Below, in pieces: positions 24,172-38,200 of a stretch of 64,000 nt of DNA. The first letter of the stretch is position 1. Each line of letters starts with the position of its first letter. The position numbers were made by a program, and so were the translations under genes. This DNA is from Minutocellus sp. GHC0000111 (taxonomy: Eukaryota). The DNA lies in the NCBI GenBank assembly GCA_977018835.1, contig OZ361260.1:3658001-3722000 (forward strand), written 5' to 3'. The notes under the pieces are model-generated. The model was given only the letters and a program-made list of their open reading frames with translations, had not been told where the DNA came from and did not search any database.

Positions 24172-27100
24172 TCAACCCCCATTGAGGCTGGCCGTCATCA
24201 CTCTCCCCAGCTGGAAACTGCTGGGCCCACTTCCTTCTTTCCCCCCGACGACATCCATGAGGATGTGAACCAGCGGGCGGGGCGAGCGAGCAAACTCGAA
24301 TGCCTGCATCGCTGAGAGGCTTGAGCAGACCGACAAGAGAAAACGCACCCGCTCGAGAAGTGGCTCGTTGGAAGACACATCTTCAATGAACTCGGTATCT
24401 GACATTTCATTACCATGGCGATCATGAGTTTCCAACGTCAGATTGGCGATAGCTGGGGCGATCGTCTTTTTCGTAACGTAATGATACGTCGTCTTTACAC
24501 CGTCGATCGACATGGCGTTCTGGAGCAGGGAGGCCGACGAATCAACATCGGCGCAAAGTACGACGTGGATGGTATCGTACCTTCCGAGCGCTGCAACGTT
24601 GACAAGTCGACGAATGAAAATTTTCGCCTCCTTCGGTGGCATTCCGGGGGCGGAAGATGACCAGGAGGATAGACGCAAGGCAACAATGGCAGCTCTACCG
24701 GGGAGCTCAAGATCGACTTGCTGCTCATCAATGATGGAGCTGTCATAAAAAAGGACCGGACGTACTTGGTCTTTTGGGATAGATTTTCGGCTGCGAGAAG
24801 TTCCACCAAGCGTATGCACATTGCCCCAGCCGTCACCGGCCAGCTCCATCGAAGCAATGCCCTGTTCGGGTTCTTCGTAGAATCCTCGTGCATACTGCCC
24901 TGTCGATAGGTCGGCCACAACCTCACCAAAGGACTCAAAGAATGCTTCAGAGACCAGTGCCCGGATGGGTTGGTCGATGGTTTGAGCTTGTTGGAGTTGA
25001 GAGGGAGCGTGAACCCTGTGGTTGGGCGCAGTAGCAGCAGTACTACCGGCGTCATTTCCGCCGGTACCAGCAAATGGCTGAGAATAATCAAGCGCCCTGC
25101 TGCCGACTGAGGCTCCCTTCGAAGCGTCAGGACGAGTGCGTTCAATGCCCATTTCCTTCCCCGACCCATTCCCAAAAGGGACAGCGGCGGCCCAAGTACT
25201 AGAAGGAGGACGAGGTAGTCGAGTGGCCGTGGGAGGCTTTGGAGTGAAGCCAAGGTTCATCGCCGCGATCGCATTTGGCCCAAGTGCTGCTGGCTCTGCT
25301 GGTGGTGGTACCGAAGGGGTCGAGCCAGCATGCGGAGTATATCCCAACTTCTTGGCGGCGCTAGTATCAGCGATCTGCGGATGGTTGAATGCAGAGCTCA
25401 TCGGGGTGGTCGAGCCTGAGTTGGGCGGCGGAGTCTGATTGACTTTATCCGATTTGGTTGTCTTGGCCACATTCGAGAGAGCGCTGGAGTGAGGAGCAAC
25501 CGAGGGGACAATGGGAATACGCGACCTACCGGCAAGTGGTTCAGCCTCTGGCGGTGGCCCAGCGGCATTCTCCTTCTCCCTCCTCCTATGTTCCTTACGC
25601 TCTCGTTTCCGCGCCTTCTTCTCGCGTTTCTTCTCCTTTTTTTGCCTCTTCCGTTCGCGACGCTCGGCCTTGGTCTCGGCCGGCCGCTTTGTGCTGGTGC
25701 TATCCTTGGATTCCAACGGCACGGTATCTTGTTCCTCTTGGCTCTTCACATTAGTCGACGTTCTTAGAACAGTATTGCCGCTCTCGACTTGGACAGCGCC
25801 TACAGTGGAAGACTTTGGACTCGCATTTGGGCGAGAAGCAGGAGCTTCAGTGGCTCTATGCTTCGGCGAGAACGTAAGTCTAGAGGCAGTATCGGCACGA
25901 TGGGCTCCTCCTACCATTGACATCTCCTTCCAGTAGGCTTCCTCTTCCTTCGCGACTTCTGCGGCCTTAATCTGAAGGTGACTGAGCTCTCCGCAGATTC
26001 CGATACTCTCTCTTCCAAGGCCCTCAATTGTGCCAAGGGTGGAAAGGGCATCAGATGGCATCGACGGTATCGGCGTTCCATCAGTGGCGGATGGCAGAAA
26101 CGCCAGCCCCTTTCGCTGTTTCACGACAAAGACATAGTGAAAGGAGATGCCGCCTCCATTTGAATCATCCGCCGCTCGTTTCCGAGAATTGATGAATGTC
26201 CTCGTCCTGCCCTTGCTGCTACTGGCGCTGAGACCTAAACTACTGAGCTTGTTGCTTCGACGAGACGAGTTCGCCATGTTCGGATGTCGGCGGTTGCATA
26301 GAAGCAGCGTCTGCGGCTCAGGATGAATCCTTCCCGTTTCAGTCCGGTCGATCATGTTCTCCATATGTGTTCTGGCCAGGGAGCGGTGGAAAATGCGCAA
26401 GGTGGCCTCGCTGGCTGTGCAGGGAGAGTCAGCGGAAATCATTGGCGAGGTTGCAGGCGGAACGAGGAAGCTGGGGACTGTTGCTAGATCACCACCCTCG
26501 TTGGCGTCACAACATGTGCCGGCGTTTTGTGCCGACACCCGCTTGAGAGATGTGCCATACTGCACCATTGCCAAATAACGTGCCGCAAAGTAACGCTGAT
26601 TGACAGCGATATCGGTGAGAAACCCACGGTAGGTGCAACATCCTCGCTCTCGCTTCATCTTGGCACCAGTCAGTACCATCTCCCTGGCACCCTCCTCACG
26701 ATTGCGGCGCCACGCACGATTTTGGAAGATGATACGCACTTCCTCCGGATCGAGAGGGAAGTTCTCACCATCATCCGGTAGTGGATTATCCCCATCGACG
26801 AACCACGAACGACATTCGTAGTCATTTGCCTTCGTCGACAGGGAGCTACCGGCAACAAAACGGTCCGTCTCGCGCGTCTTGGATAGGAATGACCGCACGG
26901 ATGCCGCAAGGTCTGCATCTTCTTTGGCTTTTGATTTCTGGACCTCCATGGCTTCGGCTTCAAGGCTGTTCGATACAACGGGCGAAGGAAAAGGGGGCCG
27001 AGGAATCATGATGCCACCTTGGTCATAGGAACGGCTACCGAGCATAATCTGACCGACGCTGCGCCTATCGATTACTCTGGCCTTTGAGACGATATCTTCG

Positions 27101-29648
27101 AGAGACCGCGGAGACTGCTCATCCATGTCATCATCGTCCTCCTTGTTGCGAGTAGTCTTCATGGAAGGCATTTGGGTACGCACCGAGAGTATTGGCTTGA
27201 TGGCGGACATTGCGGGTGGGAGACTAATCTGCGGCGGCCGCTGACGGTCCTCCATTCCCGGCAGCGGCGGATCCTTGCGAATGAGGGACGGCAGGTGGGA
27301 ATAGTCGTCCTGCGAGACATCAGAAATGGCGGGGTTGGTCCGTACGTCCTCATTGCCCTTGTTTCCAATCTGGGCGATGAGGGTGCAAGGTGGACGGGCC
27401 ATCAGAGTGGCGCCCTTGCCCCCCTCAGTGGAAGAAATCATATCGAGCAGCCTATCACGAGGGTCCTGTTTCTTGTCCATCTCGATCTCATCCTTGTACT
27501 CAGCGATATCTTCCGATTCTAGTAAAGAGGATGGAGCAAAGTTATCTTTGAGATGATCGATGATGCCCCGGTCCAGCTTGGCAGCATTGGTCTGAGCTTG
27601 AAGGTGGCCCGTCGGCGGGCAGTCCTTGGTGGGAAGGGCTGCGTCGATGCGCATCCTGTCGTCCAGGCGTGAGGGCGAGAAAGGGGAGGCAGATGCGAGG
27701 CCGGCCACCTTGAGCGGGAGAAGGCGCTGCTCTTCAACGATGCGGTTGGACTGAGGAATGGTGGATAATTTAGATGAGGATAATGAGTCAGAGAATACTG
27801 TAAATGTAACGATATTGCAAAGAGCATGGCCACGTCCCCAACAATCAGAATCACACGTTGCTCCCATACATGCCGTACCTCGCGGATCGCCCTCTGCATC
27901 TTCCACTTGCGCTTGCTCCTTCTCAGCCACTCCTCCGAAAAGCACGCGGGAGTGGTATCTGCCGCCACCTTGGCACCCTCATCATGATCGTCACCTCCAA
28001 TATGATTGCCATCCTGATCTTTTGCACTGCATGTGTGACGACACAGATCGGCATCGTACTCCTCGATCCGATCGTTATCGGTAATGATTTGGGTCGGTGC
28101 CAGACTAAACTTTGGTTTGAGCAGCATCTGTTCGGCCGATGTTGCAGTGGATTCGTCGTATCCCCAGCAGATGGAGGTTGGCGATGTAGACGACGTGGAC
28201 GAGGTGGTGGTGGATGCCGATGCCTCCTCTGAGGCGGCGTCATCTCCACCAACGTCCTCCTCCATATCATCCACCTCCTTTCTATTAGATGACGACGCGC
28301 GGGTACTAGTGCGTGAAGACGGCGGTGCCCCCCACCCACCCGACGACGACGAGGCCAATCGCTGAATCGATGGCAGTACCGACAGCAGACGTGGGGATGG
28401 AGGCAACGTCCCAGTCCCACCTCCACCTTCTTCTGCCATTGGCACCGGCACCGGCAGGTCGGGATCCTGCCGTATAAAGCGCGATGGTTCCTCGATGATC
28501 ATCGTCATCATTGCCGTCGAAGGATGACCCGTCGGGCGTGCACCACCCTCACCCTGCCGACGCTGGGATCCCGCAGCGCCACCAAACACCGCAGCTGTCA
28601 GATCGACATGGTTCCCAATACCAGTGCCAGTACCAGTGCCAGTAACACCGCCCCCCACAGCATCCTCCTCCTCTCGCTCATCATCTCGCCCACCACCACC
28701 ACCACCATCATCATCATCATCGTCATCCCCACGACGATTCAACATTGCATGGAGACCGTCCATCACTCGAGCGAAGCTGGTGCCGGGCACGACGTCGGGG
28801 TACAGATCCCCCCCGTCCCACAAGGCGCTGCTGCTGTGCGCGTCATCCGTGGCCAGCATCCACAAGGGCTTGGTGGTACCACCGCTGCAGCAAAGTCTGG
28901 CCCTCTTTCGACCGGCGGCACTACATGTACTCCTCGCAGCAGCAGCAGAGCCGGCCTCCTCACCCTCTTCGTCGTCACCGTCCTCCTTCTCCTCATCATC
29001 CTCGTCATCTCCATCAATCTCATCCTCTTCCTCCTCCTCGGCCATCTCCTCGTCGTCCGCCAACATTTTCTCCAGCTCCTTCCGAAGGACGTCCCGGTCC
29101 CCCATGGGTTCGTGGAACGGACACAGCGGCCAGCGCAGGTAGCGGCCGGCCGACACGAGCAGCTGCTCCAGATCATGATGAGACCGTTCGGATAATGGGT
29201 CCGACGGCACGGCTTGTTGGCTGCTCCTGTGAGGGTGGCCGGTTCTGCGAGGACCGAGATTGCGGTTATTGCGGCTGCGGTTGCACGGGTGGGAGGGAGA
29301 AAGGACCAACCGAAAGGGATCGACGGACCGAACACCGCGGGTTGTGGTCGCCGCGGGGCGATTGCCTTTGTTGTTGCGGTCGTCCCGCTCCTCCTCCCTG
29401 CCGTTCTTGCTGCTCTTGCCGCTGCTCTTGCCGCGGACACCAATATTCTCGGTATCCTCGTCGCCGTCGGTTGGATCATCCCCAGAGCAGCAATGGCTAT
29501 GGGGGAGCATCCAACGGCTGCCGCCGCTGCCACCCAGCAGCCGATTCAGGCTGCCACTGCCGTCTAGGCTTTCGAGCGAGGGGGCATCGGACTCCTGCTC
29601 GGCGGCGGCCAAGGCCGCGTACGGGTGGGACCGCGGCCGGAACCTCAT
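24172..29648 (-). CDS. SHOC1/Zip2-like XPF(ERCC4)-fold protein (exons 29648-27879, 27750-24172)
   Basis: Intron 27751-27878 (GTACGG...CTCAG) joins MQRAIRE to SNRIVEEQ. The C-terminal 270 aa (ALVSEAFFES...LELPGRAAIVALRL...FIRRLVNVAALGRYDTIHVVL...ERVRFLLSVCSSLSAMQA...LVHILM) parallel the SHOC1 XPF-like + HhH region as I recall it. Confidence 0.55.
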
Positions 29649-29982
29649 GGCGCTTCGCTTGGAAAGCAAGACGAAAATGATAATAAAAATGGCGAGAAAA
29701 AGAGAAAAATTGAAAAATAAATAAATTTGGGAATAAAATGATGTCATCGTGAGATCGAAAAAAGTACATACGTCTAACTTCGGGACCAGATCGGAAACCA
29801 TCCAAATTCCGCCGTTCCTCGCACGTGCTGTTCAGGCATAGTGGTGGGTGGCTGGCTAGCTAGTCACGGCAGACCACCGCACCGACGCGGCGAGAGTGCT
29901 TCGGCCGATTCGATTCGATCCAGATTGAATTGGGTTGTGGCCGAGCGAGAAGCGTGAGGGAAACAAATTTTAATTGCAAAAT

Positions 29983-31098
29983 ATGTCCGCCCCTCCGCCG
30001 GCCAAGAAGCAGCGCAAGACGGAGGAGGAGGAGGAGGAGCAGGCCAGCCCTGCTGTGGGTGGTGGTGGTGCCCTCAGCATCGAGATGATTGGCAGGGTGG
30101 CCTCGTTTGCCAACTATGGTGACGACTTGATGAACATATGCAAGGCGGTCGGGCCCAAGGAATCGGCGGTCATCCGGTACACAAGTCTGCGGAACAACAT
30201 GGGATTTCTCCGATACACCCTCAAACACCTCACGGACAATGTCGATCTGGATAGCGCCTGGGTAAAAACCACGCGCAACGTTGCCGCATGGATGAAGGTC
30301 AATACCGACTGGAGGAAGCACTGCACCCTGGAGCGGACGGAGGATGAAGAGCTTGCCACGTGCACAGTCCAGGGAGAGAACAACGAAAATGACGACGGCC
30401 AGCGGGTGGTGCCGGTGGTACTGAGTACGAATCCTCTCATCCCCTTCAACAACCCTGCAGTTGCTATGGAGATTGGTGCCACTATTATTCTCAAGCACCT
30501 CGTGGAGGAAGTCGGAATCGACGTCAACGCACCTGCCTGGTGCGGGTACAACACCGCATCGATGGGCAGATACACCAGCAAGACCCATCTTCTGGCTGTC
30601 GCCCTGACCTACGCCTATTCAGTCGGTGGCATTTCTTCCCTCGACTATCTGCTTTCTCGCGAGGAGACCAATGTGCACGCGTTGGTCCTACCAGACACTC
30701 ACAAAGGTGTATGGGAAGTCGCGTACTAACTCGAAAGTTGCACTTGCAACAATTTCCGCGCTCTGCTCGAGCACAGTAGCTTCGAACCCAATACATTTCA
30801 CGGAAAGGCATCCGACTTCCCAATTCTCGTCGCATTTTTAGGCGGTGTGTTCGACGCCGATAAGGATAGCGCATCGCCAGCGGACATGGTGGTCAGAAAG
30901 TTCAAGATTCTGCTGGACGTCGGCGCCGACCCAGAACTCGTTCTGGGTGCTGGCGGTCAAACTGTTCTTGATATTACAAAACTTATGCTCAATTCTTTCG
31001 AAGAATCTGGAACAAACCCCCTGGGTGTGCAGGCAGGACGACAAATGATAGCGGCAATGGAGGAGAAGGTTGCAAGCGGAAGAGGACAATCTGATTAG
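29983..31098 (+). CDS. F-box-like N-terminus + ankyrin-like repeat protein, with in-frame TAA at 30727-30729
   Basis: LSIEMIGRVASFA..GDDLMNIC (F-box-like); ILKHLVEEVGIDVNA, LDYLLSREETNV and KILLDVGADPE (ankyrin-like). The frame continues past the stop into ORF 30847-31098. Confidence 0.6.
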
Positions 31099-32294
31099 CC
31101 CACCCGTACCGATACTACTTATTGCTACTGCCGCCCCTAAATGTAGCACTCTTTTGCTGACTTGTAGTACCGGTAGCATCATCATTTTGGTGATTTATAA
31201 TACATTATTTATATGAATGCGCACTGGTAATTTCCAAACTGGCATAAAACTGGTACATATACGAATGTTCCAGTTTGCAAACTCGTCTGGTTTCCAAATT
31301 CGGATTAGCTTATTTGTCTCAGTTTCCATGCTGTATCATCAGTGCGCACACTGAGATCCCAATTTGGGAACTAGGGTCGAGCTTTCTTTGCACTTGCACA
31401 AGTTGCAAAAGTAGCAGTGCTCCCAAAACCAAATTCAAAATTGACTGCGCCAAAAATCCAAGTTCACTTTTTGAGCCTGCTCTGCTCTTTGCTTCTTCCC
31501 CCCACGCCAGCGACGCCCTGTTCCAAATCCGTTGGTCGTGTGCGTATTTTTGTACCGGTTTCTCGTGGCGGGCAGGCTCGCACGGCCAGGCCACATCTCA
31601 TTTGAACGAGAGGTACCGATATTTCCGCAGTTTAGCTCAGTTGGATACATACCAGGCAGGGGGACAGTGCGTTTCTTTCTTGCCGTGCGTGGTTGCTTCG
31701 TATCTTCCGCTTGGCTTTCCGGGGAGCGGCACAAACTAACTGCAAACGCACCCGGCCAGCTTCCGGCACGAACGCCAACGCTGAGGTTGCGGCCGTGCCG
31801 TGTTGCGTTTCGTTCCTGCTCGAGAGCCTCCCCACATTTGTTGCGTATCGCATCGCTGCGCAGGTGATTGTTTGGGCATTGGGCTCTTGATTTGGTGCAA
31901 TCCCGTCGATTTTTCTTACTAATCTCTACAGAGACGTGGCGTTGGAGGTAGAACCAGCACAAATCGTGGGTTTTGTGCCCGGCCTTCCTGTCCTCATAAG
32001 TAACCGCACGGTAAGTCTCGCTCGTCTTCCCACCAATATACAATGGCTTCTCTCCTTCAGACGCCGGGCGATATGATTGAATTGCCATGCGGCCCACACT
32101 CGGTATTTCTTGCGTTTATCCATTTACATCACGCATAAATCTCACGTCGTGTCTTGGTCAAATCTCCTCTCTCATAGTCACGTCTTCATTAGTTAGGGCT
32201 CGAGGAGAACTTCATTTGACCACCCGGGCCTTTTCCGTCTAGCCCTCGAATCTGCAGGCTTGATCTAGCCTGCTTTCATCGTTTCGTTCCGGCC

Positions 32295-35200
32295 ATGGCC
32301 TCCAAATCGGGCAAGCTCCCCGCAGCGGCGGCTGCCGCCCTGTCGGCCGATGCGAGTGACGAGGAGGAGGAGGATGTGGTGATGATGGAGGAAGATTCCG
32401 ACGCCGAAGAGGCCGCCGGCGGGGCCACGTCCAACATGGATGATGATGACGACGACGATGATGATGACAATGAAGATGAAGACGGAGACGACGAGAACTC
32501 CGACGATGAAGATGACGAGATGGAGGAGGACGAAGATGAAGATATCGCCGAGCAGAGTGGAGCGGCGTCGGCATCAGCGGGCTCTCGAGGAGGCTCGGAC
32601 GAGGAAGGATCAGACGAAGATAATGCAGACGAAGAGAGCGATGGCGACGACGGCGACAAGAAGCCGGCGGCTAAATCTTCTGCTAATGGAGATGGGTCGG
32701 ACTCCGACGATGGAGATGACGAGGAAGACTCCAGCTCTGAAGAGGAGGAAGAGGACGAAGACTAGCTCGGAAGACGACGAAGATGACGAAGCCTCCTTTG
32801 TCACCGTCACCGATGAGTTTGGCAACGAACGTAGAGTGTCGGCCTACGAGGCGGCCCGTATCGAGCGTATCCGTCGTAACAAGGAGCGGTTGGCATCGCT
32901 GGGGTTGGAGGGGAGCAGTAAAGACGGCCGGCGAGGCTTGACCAGCAGCGGTGGGACCTTGCTCTCGGCCCATACGGCCGAGTTGGAGCGGAAGAAGGAG
33001 GAGCGGCGCAAGAAGCGAGAGCAGCGCAAAAAGGAACTGGCGGAGATGAGAGAGGCCGATCGGCGGTCGTCGTCTCGGAAGCGGAAGAAGATATCGTACG
33101 CCGAGATCAAGGAGACCAGCATCAGCGGGAAGAAGGCAGAAGGGGCCAAATCGTCCACCTCGAACCGGGAGGTGTCCAAGTGGAGGACGGAGAAGCCCAG
33201 GGAGAAGCGGGTGCCGCTCTTTATCTTCAAGGAGCTTCGTCGGATCGAGTCGGAGCGGAAGAAAAATCTCAAGCGCGCCGAACGGAACAATCGGGCGGCC
33301 GACATTGAGTATCGCTTCGCCAAGAAGAATGCCGAGAGGGTCGAGAAGGCCATCCGAAGGAGGGAAGAGATGGAACAACAGAAGCGCCAGTGGATGGAGA
33401 GGCAGCAAGAGAAGAAGGAGCTTCAGGAATTCTTCCAAGCGATTGATGATCGCAAGCAGGATCTGGTGCAGGCCCGCAGTGCTTTCGATCACGAGCGCTT
33501 TGTAAGTGTATCAACGCTATCGCCTGCTTGTTTTATATGCTTGTAATATGATTCGGTTCCCCGCCTACCCATCCATCCTCCTTATCACTCACAAACACAT
33601 GTTGCAACTTCTTTCCATGCTTATGAATCTAATTCGCACTGCCCACCCAATAGGCTGAGATGCAACGGCGATCGAGAAACTACTTGGACCACAGTCGTGC
33701 CAAGATGGATGCGATTGTTCGATTCCCTGCAGCCGTCCTGGACACCGAGAGACACTTGGATGTTTTGCTGCTTCAGAGATGTCCAAATGATGAGAGGGCC
33801 CTTGCTGGTATGAGTTCGCTGACCCCGGGCACTGGGCCCAAGCGAAAGAGGAAGAAAAAGAAGAAGACCGAGGCCGATGCCGCGAACCATGGGCCGGTGT
33901 CACCTATGAGAGGGACCGCTGCCGCCGCATCATCTGGAAGTGTCAAGCCAGGCAGGGTCATCCGCTGCTGCTGCAACTACACCCGGGTCAGCAGCGGATA
34001 CGACACTAGCTGCCGGCTGTGCGCTGATGACAACGCCGGTCACAGGTATGCTGCATCCGTCTGCTGCTCCTCAGGTACATGCAGTCCAACAGAAAACCTT
34101 GCAGAGGGCTATGGCGCGCCTCACTGCCAACGATGGCAATGGCGTCGAACAATCGCTTCCTCCCAATGCAAGTGGATATCCCAACCTGACCGGTCGGACT
34201 GTCTTACCAACCATTGCGGAGACAGATAATGGCAAGAGCAAGAAGAAAAAGTCTTCGAAGGGAAAGAAATCCGACGAGCAAGGCAAAAGTAATGACGCCG
34301 GAAAGCTCAAAGATGCTTCCAAGGTGGCTCCTGATCAGGCAAAGAAGATCAAGCACAAGATCCGAAAGAGAAACGTCGGCGGTCCTATTCCCCCAGAATA
34401 TGCCAAGGCAATCCAAAGAAGCTGGCTGGATAATGACGATGTTTTAATACCGGATACGAAGCAGTTTGTTCCTCAGGCGGGTGATCTCATCTTGTAAGTT
34501 TGGTCTGTAATCCTATGTGGATGGCCTCGCCATTGTATGCTTGATTCTCTTTTTTGCATTTGCGTCATTCAGTTTGTCGCTCACCTTTATTGGAATTTCC
34601 CTTTTCTAATACTCTTCATTAATGTAGGTACTACCCTCGAGGTCACAAGGAATTCTTAGAAACGCACACCGACCATCTCGGTAACAAAACGAAGCAGATC
34701 ACTCGGCTGCCTTTGTGGAAACGAGCCAGGAAGGAGATGGCAGATGCAATCAAGAAGTCCGAGGGTAAATCGGACGATTCGAAGCCATCGGTAACAGAGA
34801 CCAAGGACGTTGACGAGGCCAGAACTGTGCCCAGGAGGTCCAAGAGCAGGCCATCTCGCTTTCGTTCGCCCGAAAAGGCTACCGCGGTGGAAGCAGAGAA
34901 GGCCAACGACGCCAAGAAGGGCGCTTCAGCAAAGATGAAGAAAAAGGATGGAGCGTCATCTTCGCCGTCCTGGTGGAACGAAGAATGGCTTGCGGCCATG
35001 GAGGGTGATTTCGGCGGCGAATACCCAATTCTCTGTCGGGTCGAGAACACCACGGCGGAATTCCCGTACAATAAGGGTGCGGTCGATATCGCAACCGACC
35101 GCAAGACATCCTGGTCGATGAAAATCGACAGGGCGAAGAAAGATGAGATCAGGAAACAGTTGGCCAAGAAGCGACCGATGTTGCGACTTGCCGTTACCCT

Positions 35201-38200
35201 CAAAGCTCTGACACCCCTCGTCTCGTCGTCAGCAGGCACCGGCGACGATGTTTCACTCGATCCTCCTCCTCCCTTTGTCGTTCAATGCTTCCCATCAAAG
35301 ACTGTGAATCCATTTGTGTTTCCTTTCTTTTGGGCGTATAGACAGTCGCACTCTCTGTCGTTTGGAGATAAGGTCCGGGTCCAATTCGACGACGACATCT
35401 ATACCGGGGAACACATTGCCCTTGCCGATGATTCTTGTTCCCTGGACAATGCCTTCAAGCGTTTCCCTGAAATCTTTGAGGAGGGCAGTGATACTCCGAT
35501 CGACCAAAGATTAGAGCGCCTCCTTGCAGTCGCTTCAGTGGAAAAGAATGCACCAATTTCCTTCGAGGAGATTCGAGCAGTCCTGCAGTTTGTGTCGCAT
35601 CACTGGCATCAAAAGCAAGAAAAGACTGCCAGAGATGGTAAGGACAAGGCGAGTGGGGACAGTACCAACGCGGAAGCTGGAGAATTGCGCTACTCTACCC
35701 TGCTTGATTTCATTTGTGCGACTCTCCCACGATGGGACAACGCGCTTATTCGTTGGGACGCATCGGAAGGAGAAAAAGAAGAAAATATCTCGGGAGTCTT
35801 CCCTTGGGAGCCTTCTCTCCAGGATCCGAGCAAAGCCTCCGCGGCGTATCCTGGTTGCAGGCCGGGTGATTTGGTATACTCTCTTGGAGGAAATCTGCTG
35901 GAAAATCTTCGTTTTTCCATCCAACGATACGTCGATGAGCATCCCGATTCTGCCGCGCTCATCTCTCAAGTCGACACTAATGCGACGCCCGAATATGCCC
36001 AGAACGTGCCACTCCCAATGTCCATCCAGCGGATCCTTTCCCGTCTTGAACTACGACCTCTCAAAAGAGGTGCCTCACTCATGTCAGAGGAGCTAACTAC
36101 AGCCCACAAGCTCCCCTGGTATCGTAGTGTTGCGGCCGTCGTATCTGATTTGCAAGACATTGCTCATAATTTTGTTCTTTACAGTGATTTAGACGAGACT
36201 CCGACGTCCGATATTATTAAGGTTCGCCAAGTCATCGATAGTATCAAGCACATCGCCGAGAATCTGGACTCTAATGCCCAGCGAAAGCGCCAGAAGAAGG
36301 GGACCACAGGCAAGGCCGGTGGCCAAATGATGTTGTGGCAAAGTCAGACGATGGATGCACCCCAAGTGAAAGAGAGGGACCCTTTTGTTGCTCCATTGCG
36401 GCGTATGTGGGCGCAGGAAATTGTTCCAGACCATTCCTGGGGCGGAGCTATATCCTCGCGCTTGAGGGGTGGTGAGGCGGGATCATCCAAGGCAGCGGCT
36501 AGAGGTAGCGTCACAGCAGCAGCTGCCGCTTCAACAAAGCCTCTCGATCTCAACTCCTGGGTTCCTCAAGTGGGAGATGAAATTTTGTACTCGCGCAACG
36601 AGCATAGCAAGTTCCTACGAGGCCATTTTGCATCCTTATCAGAGAAGCAAAGGATCATGCCGCCCATTGCATCTCAGCAGGTGCAGCAAACCCAAAATGA
36701 CGATGCACTGGGTGCTTCTGCTGCATCCGATGGAGCGGATGCTGAGTCGCCCACTCAAGCCAGCTGGATTGTTGGCACAGTTGTCTCTGTTCATGCCCAG
36801 TTCCCCCCTCCACCGCCTGATGATGACGATGCCGCGATTGCCGCCAGAACCTTTGATGACCTCACTCCCATTCTCGAGATTACTATTTACTGTAACTACC
36901 CCTGGCTGGAACAAAAGTTTCAGATAATTCATTGGAGGCTCTGCCAGGTGCGTGGGTCCGACCCTGCCCACAGGGCGCCTCGAAAGAAGAAGAAAGCAAA
37001 GCCAGCATTCCGCCCTATCCGTGTCAAGGCCTTGGTGAAGAAGAAAGATGTGTATCCGGGCCGGCAGCTATACTTCAAGCCGCAGGCCTTGAAGAAGAAT
37101 CCTCGTCTGGCAAGAGCCCTTGGTATCAAGAAGCAAGCCGTACGCATCAATGTCCAAGTCAACGGAAAAGCGGTGGGGCCTCCCACGAAAAAGGGTAAGA
37201 GCCTCATCATTGACCGAAAGATGTTTATGCAAGACGAAGAGCTCTACCTAGCGCTGTATGGAGATGATGCCACCAAGCCCGCTCGAATTACCGTCAAGGT
37301 TGACGGGAAGACTGTTTCGCCCAAGCCAATCTTGCTCCCTCCGAGCGTCATCGACGGCGTCGACGGTCTTGCAGACGCGCTGGACAATGCCGGGGTCGGC
37401 GAGTACAGCAGCATGCCGATCTATGTCAAGATGAACGACCAGAAGGTGCTACGAAAGCCAATAATGCTCCCTCCGTACGTAATTGAGAAGGTCTCTGGCC
37501 TCGCTGAAGCAATCGGCAGCGTGAGGAGAGAGCCCGAAGCGGAAAATTCAGACGCAGAAGATGTCAACGAGCCCACCAATGCTTCGAAGTCTGATCCATT
37601 GATTGGCGAAACGGAGACCGGGCAGTGCAAGTGCTGTGGCTTGGACTCGGAAGTGTCCTTCCTCCGACCATCTTGGATCCAACCAAGCCGATATAGCATG
37701 ATTACCCCTCTCCCACCGCCAAGTCTCTCAACTCCTTCCGGTATTCCATCTGAGGCATCATCGAACATCCTTCGGCTACTCGAAATACTGAAACAACGTT
37801 CCATTGAAGGTATCCCTCCAGACTCCGTGCGTCCGGAGGCTTTCAACGAAGGCGCTGTTCCAAGTCGCAAAAGAAGTACGAGCATCGTGTCTACCCAAGC
37901 TGCCGCGCTTAGCATGCCCGAGGAGAAAAGAGAGACCTTGGCAAAGGTCCACTATTTGCCTCCTTGGTTCGTGGACAATGGCAACAACGAGGTCTGCGAG
38001 GGAATAAGGAGAAGCGATGCTTACCTCCCTCTTCCGTACCTCTGCCTTGACCTTGTCCAGCGGCGTATCAAGCAAGGCTATTATCGAAGTTTTCTTGGAG
38101 CGACACATGATATTCGCGAGGCCTACGTTGCTACTGTGATGTATCTTCTTCGATCTGAGGGCGTCGAATCCATGAAGAAAATGGCAGTGCTTCTCGCCCA

